This document shows positions 1 through 9,063 of a stretch of DNA of 39,453 nt, one piece after another. Position 1 is the first letter of the stretch; the number at the start of each line of letters is the position of its first letter. The stretch comes from an uncultured Burkholderiales Genera incertae sedis bacterium. Its GTDB lineage: Bacteria > Pseudomonadota > Gammaproteobacteria > Burkholderiales > Eutrophovitaceae. Under the pieces are notes generated by a model. That model ran no database searches, was not told where the DNA came from, and was given only the letters and a program-made list of their open reading frames with translations. The position numbers and the translations under genes are program-made. The stretch is from contig CAJQMS010000075.1 in assembly GCA_905479505.1 (NCBI GenBank), positions 1-39,453 on the forward strand, read 5' to 3'.

Positions 1-3000
1 TGATTTCCTCAGGAGATCCTGATGAGATAATCTCGCCACCTTCGATACCCGCACCTGGCCCCAAATCAATTACAAAGTCAGCCCTATTAATTGTATCCTC
101 ATCGTGTTCCACAACTACCAGAGTATTACCATTATTTTGTAAATGTTTAAGAGCCTTTAAAAGCACCTCGTTATCTTTTGGATGCAAACCAATAGTAGGT
201 TCGTCGAGAACGTAAACTGCGCCTCTAAGGTTAGAGCCCAATTGGGCTGAAAGCCTCATCCTTTGTGCCTCGCCCCCACTTAGCGTTGGCGCGGCCCTAT
301 TCAAAGTAAGATAAGATAGTCCCACTTCAGTCAGAAACTGCAAGCGAGACAAAACCTCGGTTAGTAAGTCTTTAGCAATCAGTTTCTCTCTATCCGATAA
401 CTCAATCCTTGACAGGATGTGAAATAATGTACCGACAGGCTTGGAAACTAAATCTACGATCGAAAAGTCCTTCCAAATAACGTTTGCTGCTTGCTGATTT
501 AAACGAAAACCAAGACAGGTATCACATGTGGCCGATACTTCATCGTGAACATGCCTATCGCGTTCCGACTCCGCCTCAATTTCATCTCTCAAACTTTTAA
601 CAGGAACGGATTTGTGAGTAAGGACCTGACCGGTCCCTTGACAAGGGTCACACCATCCGTACTTTGAGTTGAACGAGAACATACGCGGGTCTAGTTCATC
701 ATAGGATTTTTGACATTTGGGGCACGCTCGTTTTATTGAAAAACTTTGCTGTTGAAAAAGCCCACCCTGAAGTAAGTGATCAAGATCAGAAATGACATGA
801 AAAAAACCGTTACCGAATTCCAAAGCCTCTTCAACAATATTATTTAATGCCTCAGTTTTAGATTGATCCACCTTGATGCTAGCAACCGGAAGGTCTATTG
901 TGTGCTCCACGTAACGGTCCAGTCTTGGAAAATCCTTAGTTTCTATAAAAACGTCATCAACCAATAGGTGTGTGTAACCTTTTTTTCGATAACTCTCCGC
1001 CAAGTCTTTGTAGACTCCCTTTCTTGCTCGTACTAACGGCGCTAAGAAGCCAATATGAACTCCCGCGTAATCACTCATCAGCTTGTTTACGATGATAGAT
1101 TGCGTTTGAGGCTCAATCTTTACATCACACTCAGGGCAGTATTGATCACCAACCTTGGACATTAATAACCTAAGGTAGTGGTAGATCTCTGTGACAGTTC
1201 CTACCGTACTTTTAATCCCACCGCGGCTGGTCCGTTGCTCGATGGCAACTGCAGGGGGTATACCGAAAACCGCATCCACATCAGGCTTCGTTCCGACTTG
1301 AATAAATTGGCGCGCATATGCATTCAAGGACTCTAAATACCGTCTTTGACCTTCGCCGTAGATTATGTCGAATGCCAACGAAGATTTACCACTGCCGCTA
1401 AGCCCAGAAATAACGGTCATCTTCTCATGAGGAATCTCAGCACAGATACTCTTTAAGTTATTTTCTCTCGCATTTTTAATCGAAATTGAACTTGGCGGCA
1501 TCTCATTTTTGGAGACCACCTGATGTGACGATTGATCTTTATTGATAAATCCCAAACCATCATTTACTCGAGCTAATTCAATTCCTGTTAACGACGATTG
1601 ATGATCAACTATGGCATTCGGCGTTCCGCAAAAGACGACCTTTCCGCCCCCTTCGCCACCCTCCGGCCCTAAGTCAATGATCCAATCGCAAGAAGCTATC
1701 AAATCGAGGTTATGTTCGACCATCACCACCGACGCGCCGAAATTGACTAACGTACGAAGAGCTATGAGTAATTTTTGAACGTCCTGATAGTGAAGACCTG
1801 TTGTTGGCTCGTCGAGTAGAAAAATTGTTTTTTCAACTGCTCCACTAGAAGCTTCAGCAATGTAACTCGCGAGTTTCAGTCGCTGAGCCTCACCTCCTGA
1901 AAGCGTGGGTACTGGTTGTCCAAGTCGAAGATACCCTAGGCCTACATCGATCAAAGGCTTAAGCTTGTTACAAATTTTAGGGTCGTCTTTAAACGCTCGA
2001 ATGGAGTCCGAGATTGTTAAATTTAAAACGTCGTCAATATTTACGGTCCCGACAGTTGGTAGGTCGATATATATTTTCAAAATATCTGAACCGTAACGTT
2101 TACCATCGCATTCATTACATCTCAGATAAACGTCTGATAGGAATTGCATCTCAACCAGCTCGAAACCACTACCCGAACATGACTGACATCGTCCTTTGCC
2201 AGAATTGAAACTGAAAAATCCTTTATCGAACTTCGCTTGTTTCGCCGGAATGGAATTTGCAAAAATAGTTCGTATTCCGTCTAAAGCGCGGACATAACTC
2301 ACAGGATTTGATCGCGAAGATTTTCCAATTGGCCTTTGGTCTAACAAAATGACACGATCAATTAACTCTATATTTTTAAACCCCTCCAACCCGTCAGTTG
2401 AAACACCCTTTCCCACTAAAACTCTCTCGATTTCATTGGATAAGATATCTTCTAGAAATGTTGATTTCCCGGACCCAGAAACCCCTGTAATAGCGACTAG
2501 ATGCCCCAGTGGAATGTCAATATCGATATTTTTTAAGTTATTTCGCTGCGCGCCCAAAACACTGAGCCAATGAGTTTGTCCAGCCATAATTGGCTTACAG
2601 GATGAAGCGTCCCTGACAGACTTGTGACCTAATAGATATTGAGCGGTAACACATGCATCAACTGTAAGATCTTGTAACCGGCCAAAATACTCAATATGTC
2701 CTCCACGCTCCCCCGCCTCCGGCCCAATATCTAACAAATAAGTAGCAGCGCGAATTATTTGTGGGTCATGTTCAACGATTACAATAGTATTTCCATTTCG
2801 CTTGAGCCTCTGAATAACTGAGATGATTCTGTTTATATCCCTCGGATGCAAACCGATGGATGGCTCATCCAGTAGAAATAGGGTCTGAGTCAGTGATGCC
2901 CCTAGAGCGGTCGCTAAATTCAGGCGCTGGACTTCACCGCCAGATAACGTTCTAGATTGCCGGTCAAGAGTCAAATAACCGAGCCCAACTTCCTCTAAAA

Positions 3001-4435
3001 ATTCAAGTCTCGATACAATTTGATCCAGCACTAACTGACTTGAATCGTCTCCATCAACTTCGTGCCACTTGTGTTTTTCGGTATTTATAAACCGCTTCAA
3101 ATCCCAAACTGAAATGACATTCAAATCGTGTATCGAAAAGCCGTTAATACGGCTTTTCTGTTTAAGACTCCAATCAATTTCAGGATACGTCGTAACAGTC
3201 GCCAATGGGTCAGGATCAGACTTTTCGGATCCAATCCGCCATAGCAACGCACTCGATTTCAAACGACTACCGAGGCATTCAGGACATTCCGTGTATGAGC
3301 GATATTTTGCTAAAAGCACACGGATATGCATCTTATATGCCTTAGTTTCTAACCAATCAAAAAATCGTTTCACTCCGTACCAATGTTTCGGCCAAGACTT
3401 TCGCCAACTCAGCCATTCAGGCTCACCCTCCAGCACCCACTTCTTATGATTGACTGTCATATCAACCCAAGGTTTATCGATAGGTATACCCCGCCGGTGA
3501 GCTTGCTCAATGAGCTCATCCTGGCAATCGGAATAACTGGCTGTTTGCCATGGCTTAATCACACCCTGGGCAAGAGATAAACGCGGATCCATAATCACAG
3601 AGTCCATATCGACACCGATCACCCGTCCAAACCCACGGCAAGTTCCGCATGCGCCCACTGGAGAGTTAAACGAAAACAGACCTGGGCTAGGTGCAGAATA
3701 ATCAATATCGCAAGACGCACAGTGAAAGCGATTACTGAACTCTAATGGTTGTTCAACCTTTTGGTCAGGTGCGTGAGGCGCAACCAAACAGTTTCCTTGG
3801 CCAACACGGAATGCCGCCTCAAAGGCTTCCCTCAATCGCGTCTCGTCGACCCGATTCACGTCAAAGCGATCAACTACAACAAGACTCTTCTCATCTAACT
3901 GGACAAAACGGTCATAACCTTGAGCTGTCAAATAACCTTCGATTTCCGATTGTGAGAAATTTTCTGGCACTATCACCGGAGCGTAAACGACTATCCGGCC
4001 CCATTTTTGATTTCGTACACTATTAACCATTGAATCGATTCCATCGATTTCGACGGGCTGTGCGCACTTGCGACAGTGTAATTTAGCAAACTTCGAAAAA
4101 AGTAATTTCAGATAATCTGACAGTTCAGTCATGGTGCCGACAGTCGACCTAGAGGTCTTCACAGAATTTACCTGGCGAATGGCAATCGCAGGAGGAATAC
4201 CTTCAATGCTTGCCACCGAAGGTCTGTCCATGCGGTCTAGGAACTGCCGCGCATAAGACGAAAACGTCTCGACATATCTCCTTTGTCCCTCTGCGTACAA
4301 GGTATCAAAAACTAGAGAAGACTTGCCCGATCCGGACACTCCTGTGACTGCCGTGATTTCGCCAAGAGGTATGTCTAAATCTATATTTTTAAGATTATTT
4401 TGAGTGACTCCTCTGATTTTGATATGTTTGATCAT
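1..4435 (-). CDS. Tandem-duplicated UvrA-like ABC ATPase (excinuclease ABC subunit A paralogue); 3' end lies beyond the left window edge
   Basis: Absent from the ORF track because it has no in-window stop. Reverse-strand reading from ATG at 4435-4433 gives MIKHIKIRGVTQNNLKNIDLDIPLGEITAVTGVSGSGKSSLVFDTLYAEGQRRYVETFSSYARQF... and continues to nt 1. The track lists no minus-strand fragments here, consistent with one open frame. Three UvrA-type nucleotide-binding units are visible: Walker A GVSGSGKSS / GVSGSGKST / GLSGSGKSS, ABC signatures LSGGEVQRLNLA / LSGGEAQRLKLA / LSGGEAQRMRLS, and Walker B LLDEPSIGLH / LLDEPTTGLH / VLDEPTIGLH. UvrA Zn-module motifs FSFNSPVGACGTCRGFG and FSFNSGKGRCQSCSGSG are also present. 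A second complete UvrA N-terminus (ISIKNARENNLKSI...GLSGSGKSSLAFDIIYGEGQRRYLESL) restarts near nt 1490. Confidence 0.9.
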   Translation of the reverse strand, partial: MIKHIKIRGVTQNNLKNIDLDIPLGEITAVTGVSGSGKSSLVFDTLYAEGQRRYVETFSSYARQFLDRMDRPSVASIEGIPPAIAIRQVNSVKTSRSTVGTMTELSDYLKLLFSKFAKLHCRKCAQPVEIDGIDSMVNSVRNQKWGRIVVYAPVIVPENFSQSEIEGYLTAQGYDRFVQLDEKSLVVVDRFDVNRVDETRLREAFEAAFRVGQGNCLVAPHAPDQKVEQPLEFSNRFHCASCDIDYSAPSPGLFSFNSPVGACGTCRGFGRVIGVDMDSVIMDPRLSLAQGVIKPWQTASYSDCQDELIEQAHRRGIPIDKPWVDMTVNHKKWVLEGEPEWLSWRKSWPKHWYGVKRFFDWLETKAYKMHIRVLLAKYRSYTECPECLGSRLKSSALLWRIGSEKSDPDPLATVTTYPEIDWSLKQKSRINGFSIHDLNVISVWDLKRFINTEKHKWHEVDGDDSSQLVLDQIVSRLEFLEEVGLGYLTLDRQSRTLSGGEVQRLNLATALGASLTQTLFLLDEPSIGLHPRDINRIISVIQRLKRNGNTIVIVEHDPQIIRAATYLLDIGPEAGERGGHIEYFGRLQDLTVDACVTAQYLLGHKSVRDASSCKPIMAGQTHWLSVLGAQRNNLKNIDIDIPLGHLVAITGVSGSGKSTFLEDILSNEIERVLVGKGVSTDGLEGFKNIELIDRVILLDQRPIGKSSRSNPVSYVRALDGIRTIFANSIPAKQAKFDKGFFSFNSGKGRCQSCSGSGFELVEMQFLSDVYLRCNECDGKRYGSDILKIYIDLPTVGTVNIDDVLNLTISDSIRAFKDDPKICNKLKPLIDVGLGYLRLGQPVPTLSGGEAQRLKLASYIAEASSGAVEKTIFLLDEPTTGLHYQDVQKLLIALRTLVNFGASVVMVEHNLDLIASCDWIIDLGPEGGEGGGKVVFCGTPNAIVDHQSSLTGIELARVNDGLGFINKDQSSHQVVSKNEMPPSSISIKNARENNLKSICAEIPHEKMTVISGLSGSGKSSLAFDIIYGEGQRRYLESLNAYARQFIQVGTKPDVDAVFGIPPAVAIEQRTSRGGIKSTVGTVTEIYHYLRLLMSKVGDQYCPECDVKIEPQTQSIIVNKLMSDYAGVHIGFLAPLVRARKGVYKDLAESYRKKGYTHLLVDDVFIETKDFPRLDRYVEHTIDLPVASIKVDQSKTEALNNIVEEALEFGNGFFHVISDLDHLLQGGLFQQQSFSIKRACPKCQKSYDELDPRMFSFNSKYGWCDPCQGTGQVLTHKSVPVKSLRDEIEAESERDRHVHDEVSATCDTCLGFRLNQQAANVIWKDFSIVDLVSKPVGTLFHILSRIELSDREKLIAKDLLTEVLSRLQFLTEVGLSYLTLNRAAPTLSGGEAQRMRLSAQLGSNLRGAVYVLDEPTIGLHPKDNEVLLKALKHLQNNGNTLVVVEHDEDTINRADFVIDLGPGAGIEGGEIISSGSPEEI

Positions 4436-4539
4436 ACGGTGATGTTATCTGAAACTTTTCGTTAATAAAAAACTCTATAGGTGCGATAGACTTCGTTATC
4501 AAAAATTGGTTTAAAAATGGAGGTCAAAGCACACATATT

Positions 4540-5010
4540 ATGATGAACTCTTTAAAGAAATTCGGTAAATTAATCGGGATAGAGACTGGAACGAGCGAAA
4601 CAAACCCAAATCCAGTGGAAACTCCGCGGTCAGTTGCAATTTTTCTCTATGAAGCAGCTCGAGTAGATAACGATGTGACTCCGGAGGATCTAAAAATCGC
4701 TACCGACGCGTTAGCAAGAATAGTAAACGTGACGCAAGCAAAAGCGATCGATCTCTTGCAGCACGCTTCAAGACCTGAAAATAGACCAACGTCATACCAA
4801 CCTTTAGCAAAAATCATTAATGAGCAATTTTCCTACGAGAGAAAACGTCAATTAATTAATGCTATGTGGTTAGTTGCTCATTCGGATGCTCACATCGACC
4901 CGCATGAAGATCATATAATCCGTAAAATTTCCGACCTACTTTACGTATCGCACAGAGACTTCATTCAAGAGAAAATTAGTGCTAGAGAAACGAGAAATTT
5001 GCCTCATTAG
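4540..5010 (+). CDS. TerB-family (tellurite-resistance TerB / DjlA-N-like) protein
   Basis: 156-aa ORF. The C-terminal half (RKRQLINAMWLVAHSDAHIDPHEDHIIRKISDLLYVSHRDFIQEKI) matches the helical TerB-domain pattern with acidic/His metal-ligand positions. It is divergent from the UvrA-like gene across a 104-nt spacer. Confidence 0.65.
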   Translation: MMNSLKKFGKLIGIETGTSETNPNPVETPRSVAIFLYEAARVDNDVTPEDLKIATDALARIVNVTQAKAIDLLQHASRPENRPTSYQPLAKIINEQFSYERKRQLINAMWLVAHSDAHIDPHEDHIIRKISDLLYVSHRDFIQEKISARETRNLPH

Positions 5011-5108
5011 CTCTAGAGTATTCGTGTTGATCGAACTAAAAGACCACGCCTAGATCACTATATAACAATGAGGTCTATCTCAATCATCAATTTTAAGGAT
5101 ACGTAACT

Positions 5109-6287
5109 ATGCGCTCAGCGTCTTCGATTCAAACTGTGATGTTAATTCCAATATTGATAGTTCTTTCGCTTTCGCCTCATGCGCGGGCGATAGACACCGA
5201 GGCACTGTGCGAAACTCCTGGAAATTGGATAATTCCCTCCCATCAGACGAGCACCATAACGGCTCACCCTACGATCATGAAAAGCGTTAGTAGCGCCGAC
5301 TTTGTCCTATTGGGAGAGCAACATAATTTGCCCAATCACCATCGCTGGCAGACCCAGATGTTGGCCACTCTACTGGCACAAAAAGGAAAGATAGCCATCG
5401 GGTTAGAAATGTTGCCGCAATCGAGTCAACAGTCGCTGGACGCTTGGGTCAGTGGCGAATTGACGCTGGAAGAATTCATTTCACAGTCGGAATGGTACGA
5501 CACATGGCGATTCGATATAGAGCTTTATACACCTATTTTACATTTCGCCAGAGACAATCGAGTCCCTTTGTTTGCTCTCAACGTGCCAGGGGACCTGATA
5601 TCAGCGGTCTCGGCTAATGGATGGGAAAACGGCTCAACCGGGTTTGAGGCATACATCTCCAAACCATCACCCGCATCTGATAGATATAAAAACGACCTCG
5701 TAGAAATCTTCGAGCAGCATGACGGTAGCGATGAAAAGCAGATCGAACATTTTGTTGAAGCTCAGTTAGTGTGGGACAGAGCTTTTGCTGAGGGATTGGT
5801 TAGAGCTAGGGAAAAAACGTCACGGTTAGTGGTGGGGATCATTGGGTCCGGACATCTGACATACGGTCACGGAGTTAAACACCAGCTCAATTCATTAGGT
5901 GAATACCAAACTACAACTTGGATTCCAACTGAGAGTGGTGACTCTTGTGAAGCACTTACCTTGTCAAATGACGGCGTGGGCATAGCTGATGCCATTTTCG
6001 TCATAGCAAAGGGGATCGACGAGAGAAGCAAACACAAACTTGGGATTTTTCTTATTAATGGCGAAGGCGGCGTGGTCGTAGGCGACGTCCTAGAAAATAG
6101 CATTGCTCAGGAGGCCGGCATCGAGACTAACGACGTCATTATCGAAGCGGCTGGGCAGCAAATTCTTAACAGTGCAAATCTCGTTCGGCTCATACAAGAC
6201 CAAGCCCCCGGCTACTGGCTACCATTAAAAGTTAAACGAGGGACTCAAGTAATCGAGATTCTCGCCAAAATACCTCTTCAGAACTAG
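5109..6287 (+). CDS. Exported ChaN-family (Tiki/TraB/erythromycin-esterase superfamily) protein with C-terminal PDZ domain
   Basis: Signal peptide MRSASSIQTVMLIPILIVLSLSPHARA. ChaN hallmarks: FVLLGEQHNLPNHHRWQ, IGLEM, and later AQLVWDRAFAEGL and IIGSGHLTYGHGV. The last ~90 aa (GIFLINGEGGVVVGDVLENSIAQEAGIETNDVIIEAAGQQILNSANLVRLIQ...) read as a PDZ fold. Confidence 0.75.
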   Translation: MRSASSIQTVMLIPILIVLSLSPHARAIDTEALCETPGNWIIPSHQTSTITAHPTIMKSVSSADFVLLGEQHNLPNHHRWQTQMLATLLAQKGKIAIGLEMLPQSSQQSLDAWVSGELTLEEFISQSEWYDTWRFDIELYTPILHFARDNRVPLFALNVPGDLISAVSANGWENGSTGFEAYISKPSPASDRYKNDLVEIFEQHDGSDEKQIEHFVEAQLVWDRAFAEGLVRAREKTSRLVVGIIGSGHLTYGHGVKHQLNSLGEYQTTTWIPTESGDSCEALTLSNDGVGIADAIFVIAKGIDERSKHKLGIFLINGEGGVVVGDVLENSIAQEAGIETNDVIIEAAGQQILNSANLVRLIQDQAPGYWLPLKVKRGTQVIEILAKIPLQN

Positions 6288-8321
6288 GTGATGGGACTCA
6301 TTAAACACAAGCTGGCATACTTTTTTTTTCTATTCCTTAGTGCCTTTTTTAATATTCATCAAACAGCAAATGCAGCAGACTCACCACACGTAGACCTTTA
6401 CGTTACCTACGAAGAAAAAGCTGGAAAGGTCGTGGTTCACGCGACAACATTTTTGACGACTAGCGCCCCGAAATTTGTCTTATCTAACGTTGTAACATTA
6501 ACTAACGTCGAGATAGGAAATAATGCAGTTATCTATGAAGCGTCCGACTCATATCTTATCGCATTAAAAGAAGGTCAAAATAGTGCACCCATCGTCTTAA
6601 CTTACTCAATCTCACTTCCGGCTTCCAAGAAGACTGACGGCTCGACTGACCATAACGGCGGAGCAGACTGGTCGGGAGACCAAACTGGAGCGTTCATTCC
6701 AGGTAACAGAATCTGGTATCCCTTGTTTCAAGAGCCCAGTACAGCCAATATAACCATAAAAACTCGCTCTCATTTGCGCGCCGTCGCGCCAGGTCATGAG
6801 ACAGGTAGTGAGGACACGAACGGATACCGCGTCAGTACATTTGAGATGCCTCAACCGATTTTAGGAATCGATTTAATGATAGGCCAATGGTTGGTCAGTG
6901 AGAAACAATTCCAAGGAATAACGGGACGGATCATTTTACGGACCTATTTCGATGAGAATAATAGCCCATTATCCGAAGAGTATTTAGCGCTTTGTGAACG
7001 TTATATCAAATATTATGAAGAGCTGATCGGTCCCTACCCGTACACTGGTTTTGCTGTTGTATCGAGCCCGTTTCCGACCGGACTCGGTATGCCTTCACTT
7101 ACCTACATAAGCGAAAAAATACTTAAATATCCTTTCATTAAAAATAGATCTTTGCCACACGAGATTGTTCATAACTGGCTGGGTAACGGTATACGTGCAT
7201 CCTACGAATCAGGTAATTGGTCAGAAGGGTTAACCACTTATTTAGCCGACTACTGGCAAACCGAATTGAAAAGTCAGAGTGCAGCCAAAGACATGCGATA
7301 TGGTTGGCTCAGAAACTACGCATCAGTAGCAAGAGAGGATGAGCAATCTCTTAGTTCATTCTCATCGCGTCATCACACAGCATCATCCGCCATCGGTTAT
7401 GGCAAGGGGGCAATGTTCTTCCACATGTTGCGCACCGTTCTAGGTAAACCCGCGTTTATCAGTTGTATAAAAGATTTCTGGGGGTCATTTCAATTTAAGT
7501 CAGCCTCATACTCGACAATTAGAGATACCTGTCAAAAATACACGAATGCTGATTTAAACCTTTTTTTTGAAGCATGGGTTCCCACACTGGGCGCTCCCAC
7601 AATTTCCGTGGTCAAGACACCGCGAATGTCTGACAATCGTCAGCTACTATTAACCCAAGATGGTTCTTGGGTTTACAACCTTGAAATTGAATACGCATCA
7701 TTAAAAAACGAGAGTGAAATTATCACGATTCCCCTAGAAAATAAACTAACGGAAGTCAATATTCTTGAGAATAGTAAAGGAGTCGCTCAAGTTCAAATAG
7801 ACCCAAATTTTAACGTATGGCGAAATCTATATTCAGAGGAAATCGTCCCGACAATAAGAGACTTTATTGTTGCCAAAGAACCAATCTACAAGCAACTCGG
7901 CTCAAACGTCATCAATGGTCAAAAACTGATCTCAGAGTATTTTCTAGAAAATGAGATTCAAAAAAAACCTCATAAAGCTTCTGATTTATCGGAGCGGCTT
8001 GAATCTATTCACTTGGGCGATATTTCAGAAGTTAGAGACCATTTATTGCTTTCAACTCAAGCAAATGATCAACGATTCTTAACCGCGATGTCGAATGCGG
8101 ATTTTTTAATCGCATCTTTATCTCACATGAGAGGAAAGACACTTTTCATTGGCGTCTCACCAAAGATAGACGAGGAGATGCTATTTATGCTTTTATCCCG
8201 AGCGAGGCATTATGGAAAATACTCTTGGCTCACGATCAGTAGTTCCGGACAAACTTTTAGCGGAAAATGGTCTAGGGGGAAAAAACTATTCGAGTTGAGT
8301 GCATCCGGTCGTAAAAACTGA
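6288..8321 (+). CDS. Exported M1-family zinc metallopeptidase (aminopeptidase N-like) with an unassigned ~230-aa C-terminal region
   Basis: Gluzincin motif HEIVHNWLGNGIRASYESGNWSEGLTTY (HExxH plus a downstream E). N-terminal signal-like segment LAYFFFLFLSAFFNIHQTANA. The start (GTG 6288 or ATG 6291) directly abuts the ChaN stop at 6285-6287. Confidence 0.8.
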   Translation: MMGLIKHKLAYFFFLFLSAFFNIHQTANAADSPHVDLYVTYEEKAGKVVVHATTFLTTSAPKFVLSNVVTLTNVEIGNNAVIYEASDSYLIALKEGQNSAPIVLTYSISLPASKKTDGSTDHNGGADWSGDQTGAFIPGNRIWYPLFQEPSTANITIKTRSHLRAVAPGHETGSEDTNGYRVSTFEMPQPILGIDLMIGQWLVSEKQFQGITGRIILRTYFDENNSPLSEEYLALCERYIKYYEELIGPYPYTGFAVVSSPFPTGLGMPSLTYISEKILKYPFIKNRSLPHEIVHNWLGNGIRASYESGNWSEGLTTYLADYWQTELKSQSAAKDMRYGWLRNYASVAREDEQSLSSFSSRHHTASSAIGYGKGAMFFHMLRTVLGKPAFISCIKDFWGSFQFKSASYSTIRDTCQKYTNADLNLFFEAWVPTLGAPTISVVKTPRMSDNRQLLLTQDGSWVYNLEIEYASLKNESEIITIPLENKLTEVNILENSKGVAQVQIDPNFNVWRNLYSEEIVPTIRDFIVAKEPIYKQLGSNVINGQKLISEYFLENEIQKKPHKASDLSERLESIHLGDISEVRDHLLLSTQANDQRFLTAMSNADFLIASLSHMRGKTLFIGVSPKIDEEMLFMLLSRARHYGKYSWLTISSSGQTFSGKWSRGKKLFELSASGRKN

Positions 8322-8325
8322 CATG

Positions 8326-9063
8326 TTAATAACAAAATGAGTGTGACTTAAAGTCGCGCTTTGCATTTGCCAATAATTTTTTTGAAAATAAAAGAGTCTT
8401 ACTGTCCAGAACGTCTAGAAATATCCGATAAGGCGACGTTAAATCAATACACAAGAAAGCAAACCCTATAGGATCACCATATAAACGTTCAATACCTTCA
8501 AGATACAAAGCTGCCTGAATCAGGTGGCCATTGCGATTCAAACTCTTTAAAAAGCGTTTTTGATTGTTACCGGAAAACGTTTTTAGGTCGATAACGAGAC
8601 CCTTCGTAACAATGTCTGGTCTTACCCTCCATTGATGATCCGCCTGATCTTTCCAGTATATAGACCTCTCAGTGAATCCAGAGTGAATCCAGTCCCGAAA
8701 TAATTCACCTGACCACTGATTTAGCTTATCACGTGCTATTTTGAGATGACGATAGTCGGTTTGCGTTAAGTATGAGGTAAACAATTTCAGAGGCTCGGGG
8801 AAGCAACTGTTTTTCATGCCAATTGCACTGATCTGAAAATCTTCATCCTCTTCCAGCATAATTCGATGAAAGATAGCGCCAATTTGCATACGAATCGATG
8901 CATTACCGTCTCTTCTACCTACATTGCCACGAAAAGACCTTAGGTCAGAACTAGAAACAAAATCAACTTGAGCTAAGTATTCATCCAGTGTGTCTTCCAT
9001 GGCGAAACAGTCATTTGATTTAAGGTAGGTCGGCAGCGACTCCATAGATTTACTTGGATTCAA
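8326..9063 (-). CDS. PD-(D/E)XK nuclease superfamily protein (RecE/Cas4-like; resembles the DUF3799-type PDDEXK domain)
   Basis: Ordered motifs typical of RecB/RecE-type nucleases: GAIFHRIMLE, ERSIYW, RVRPDIV, VIDLKT (the D-x-K core) and QAALY (Q-x-x-x-Y). A TTG start at 9063 overlaps rlmJ by 14 nt. The alternative ATG at 9045 lies 4 nt after the rlmJ stop. Confidence 0.65.
   Translation of the reverse strand: MNPSKSMESLPTYLKSNDCFAMEDTLDEYLAQVDFVSSSDLRSFRGNVGRRDGNASIRMQIGAIFHRIMLEEDEDFQISAIGMKNSCFPEPLKLFTSYLTQTDYRHLKIARDKLNQWSGELFRDWIHSGFTERSIYWKDQADHQWRVRPDIVTKGLVIDLKTFSGNNQKRFLKSLNRNGHLIQAALYLEGIERLYGDPIGFAFLCIDLTSPYRIFLDVLDSKTLLFSKKLLANAKRDFKSHSFCY

Noticed and set aside
1905-4026. Six short plus-strand ORFs in the track (63-126 aa) across the first 4.4 kb
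   Set aside because: They lie antisense to one continuous UvrA-like reading frame with clear ABC/UvrA motifs. Their sequences are low-information shadow ORFs.
6321-6329. Coding homopolymer tracts as potential phase-variation switches: T9 in the M1 peptidase signal peptide, and similar 8-9-nt A/T runs at ~9809, ~9980, ~14326 and ~25934
   Set aside because: Such runs come from Phe/Lys codons in an AT-rich genome. All are currently in-frame, and there is no population data to indicate length variation.
8322-8325. Looked for island boundaries (direct repeats, a tRNA, an integrase) around the 8.3-11.6 kb operon
   Set aside because: I found none by eye. The operon is bounded by a 4-nt convergent junction and an ordinary-looking intergenic region, so I make no claim of horizontal acquisition.
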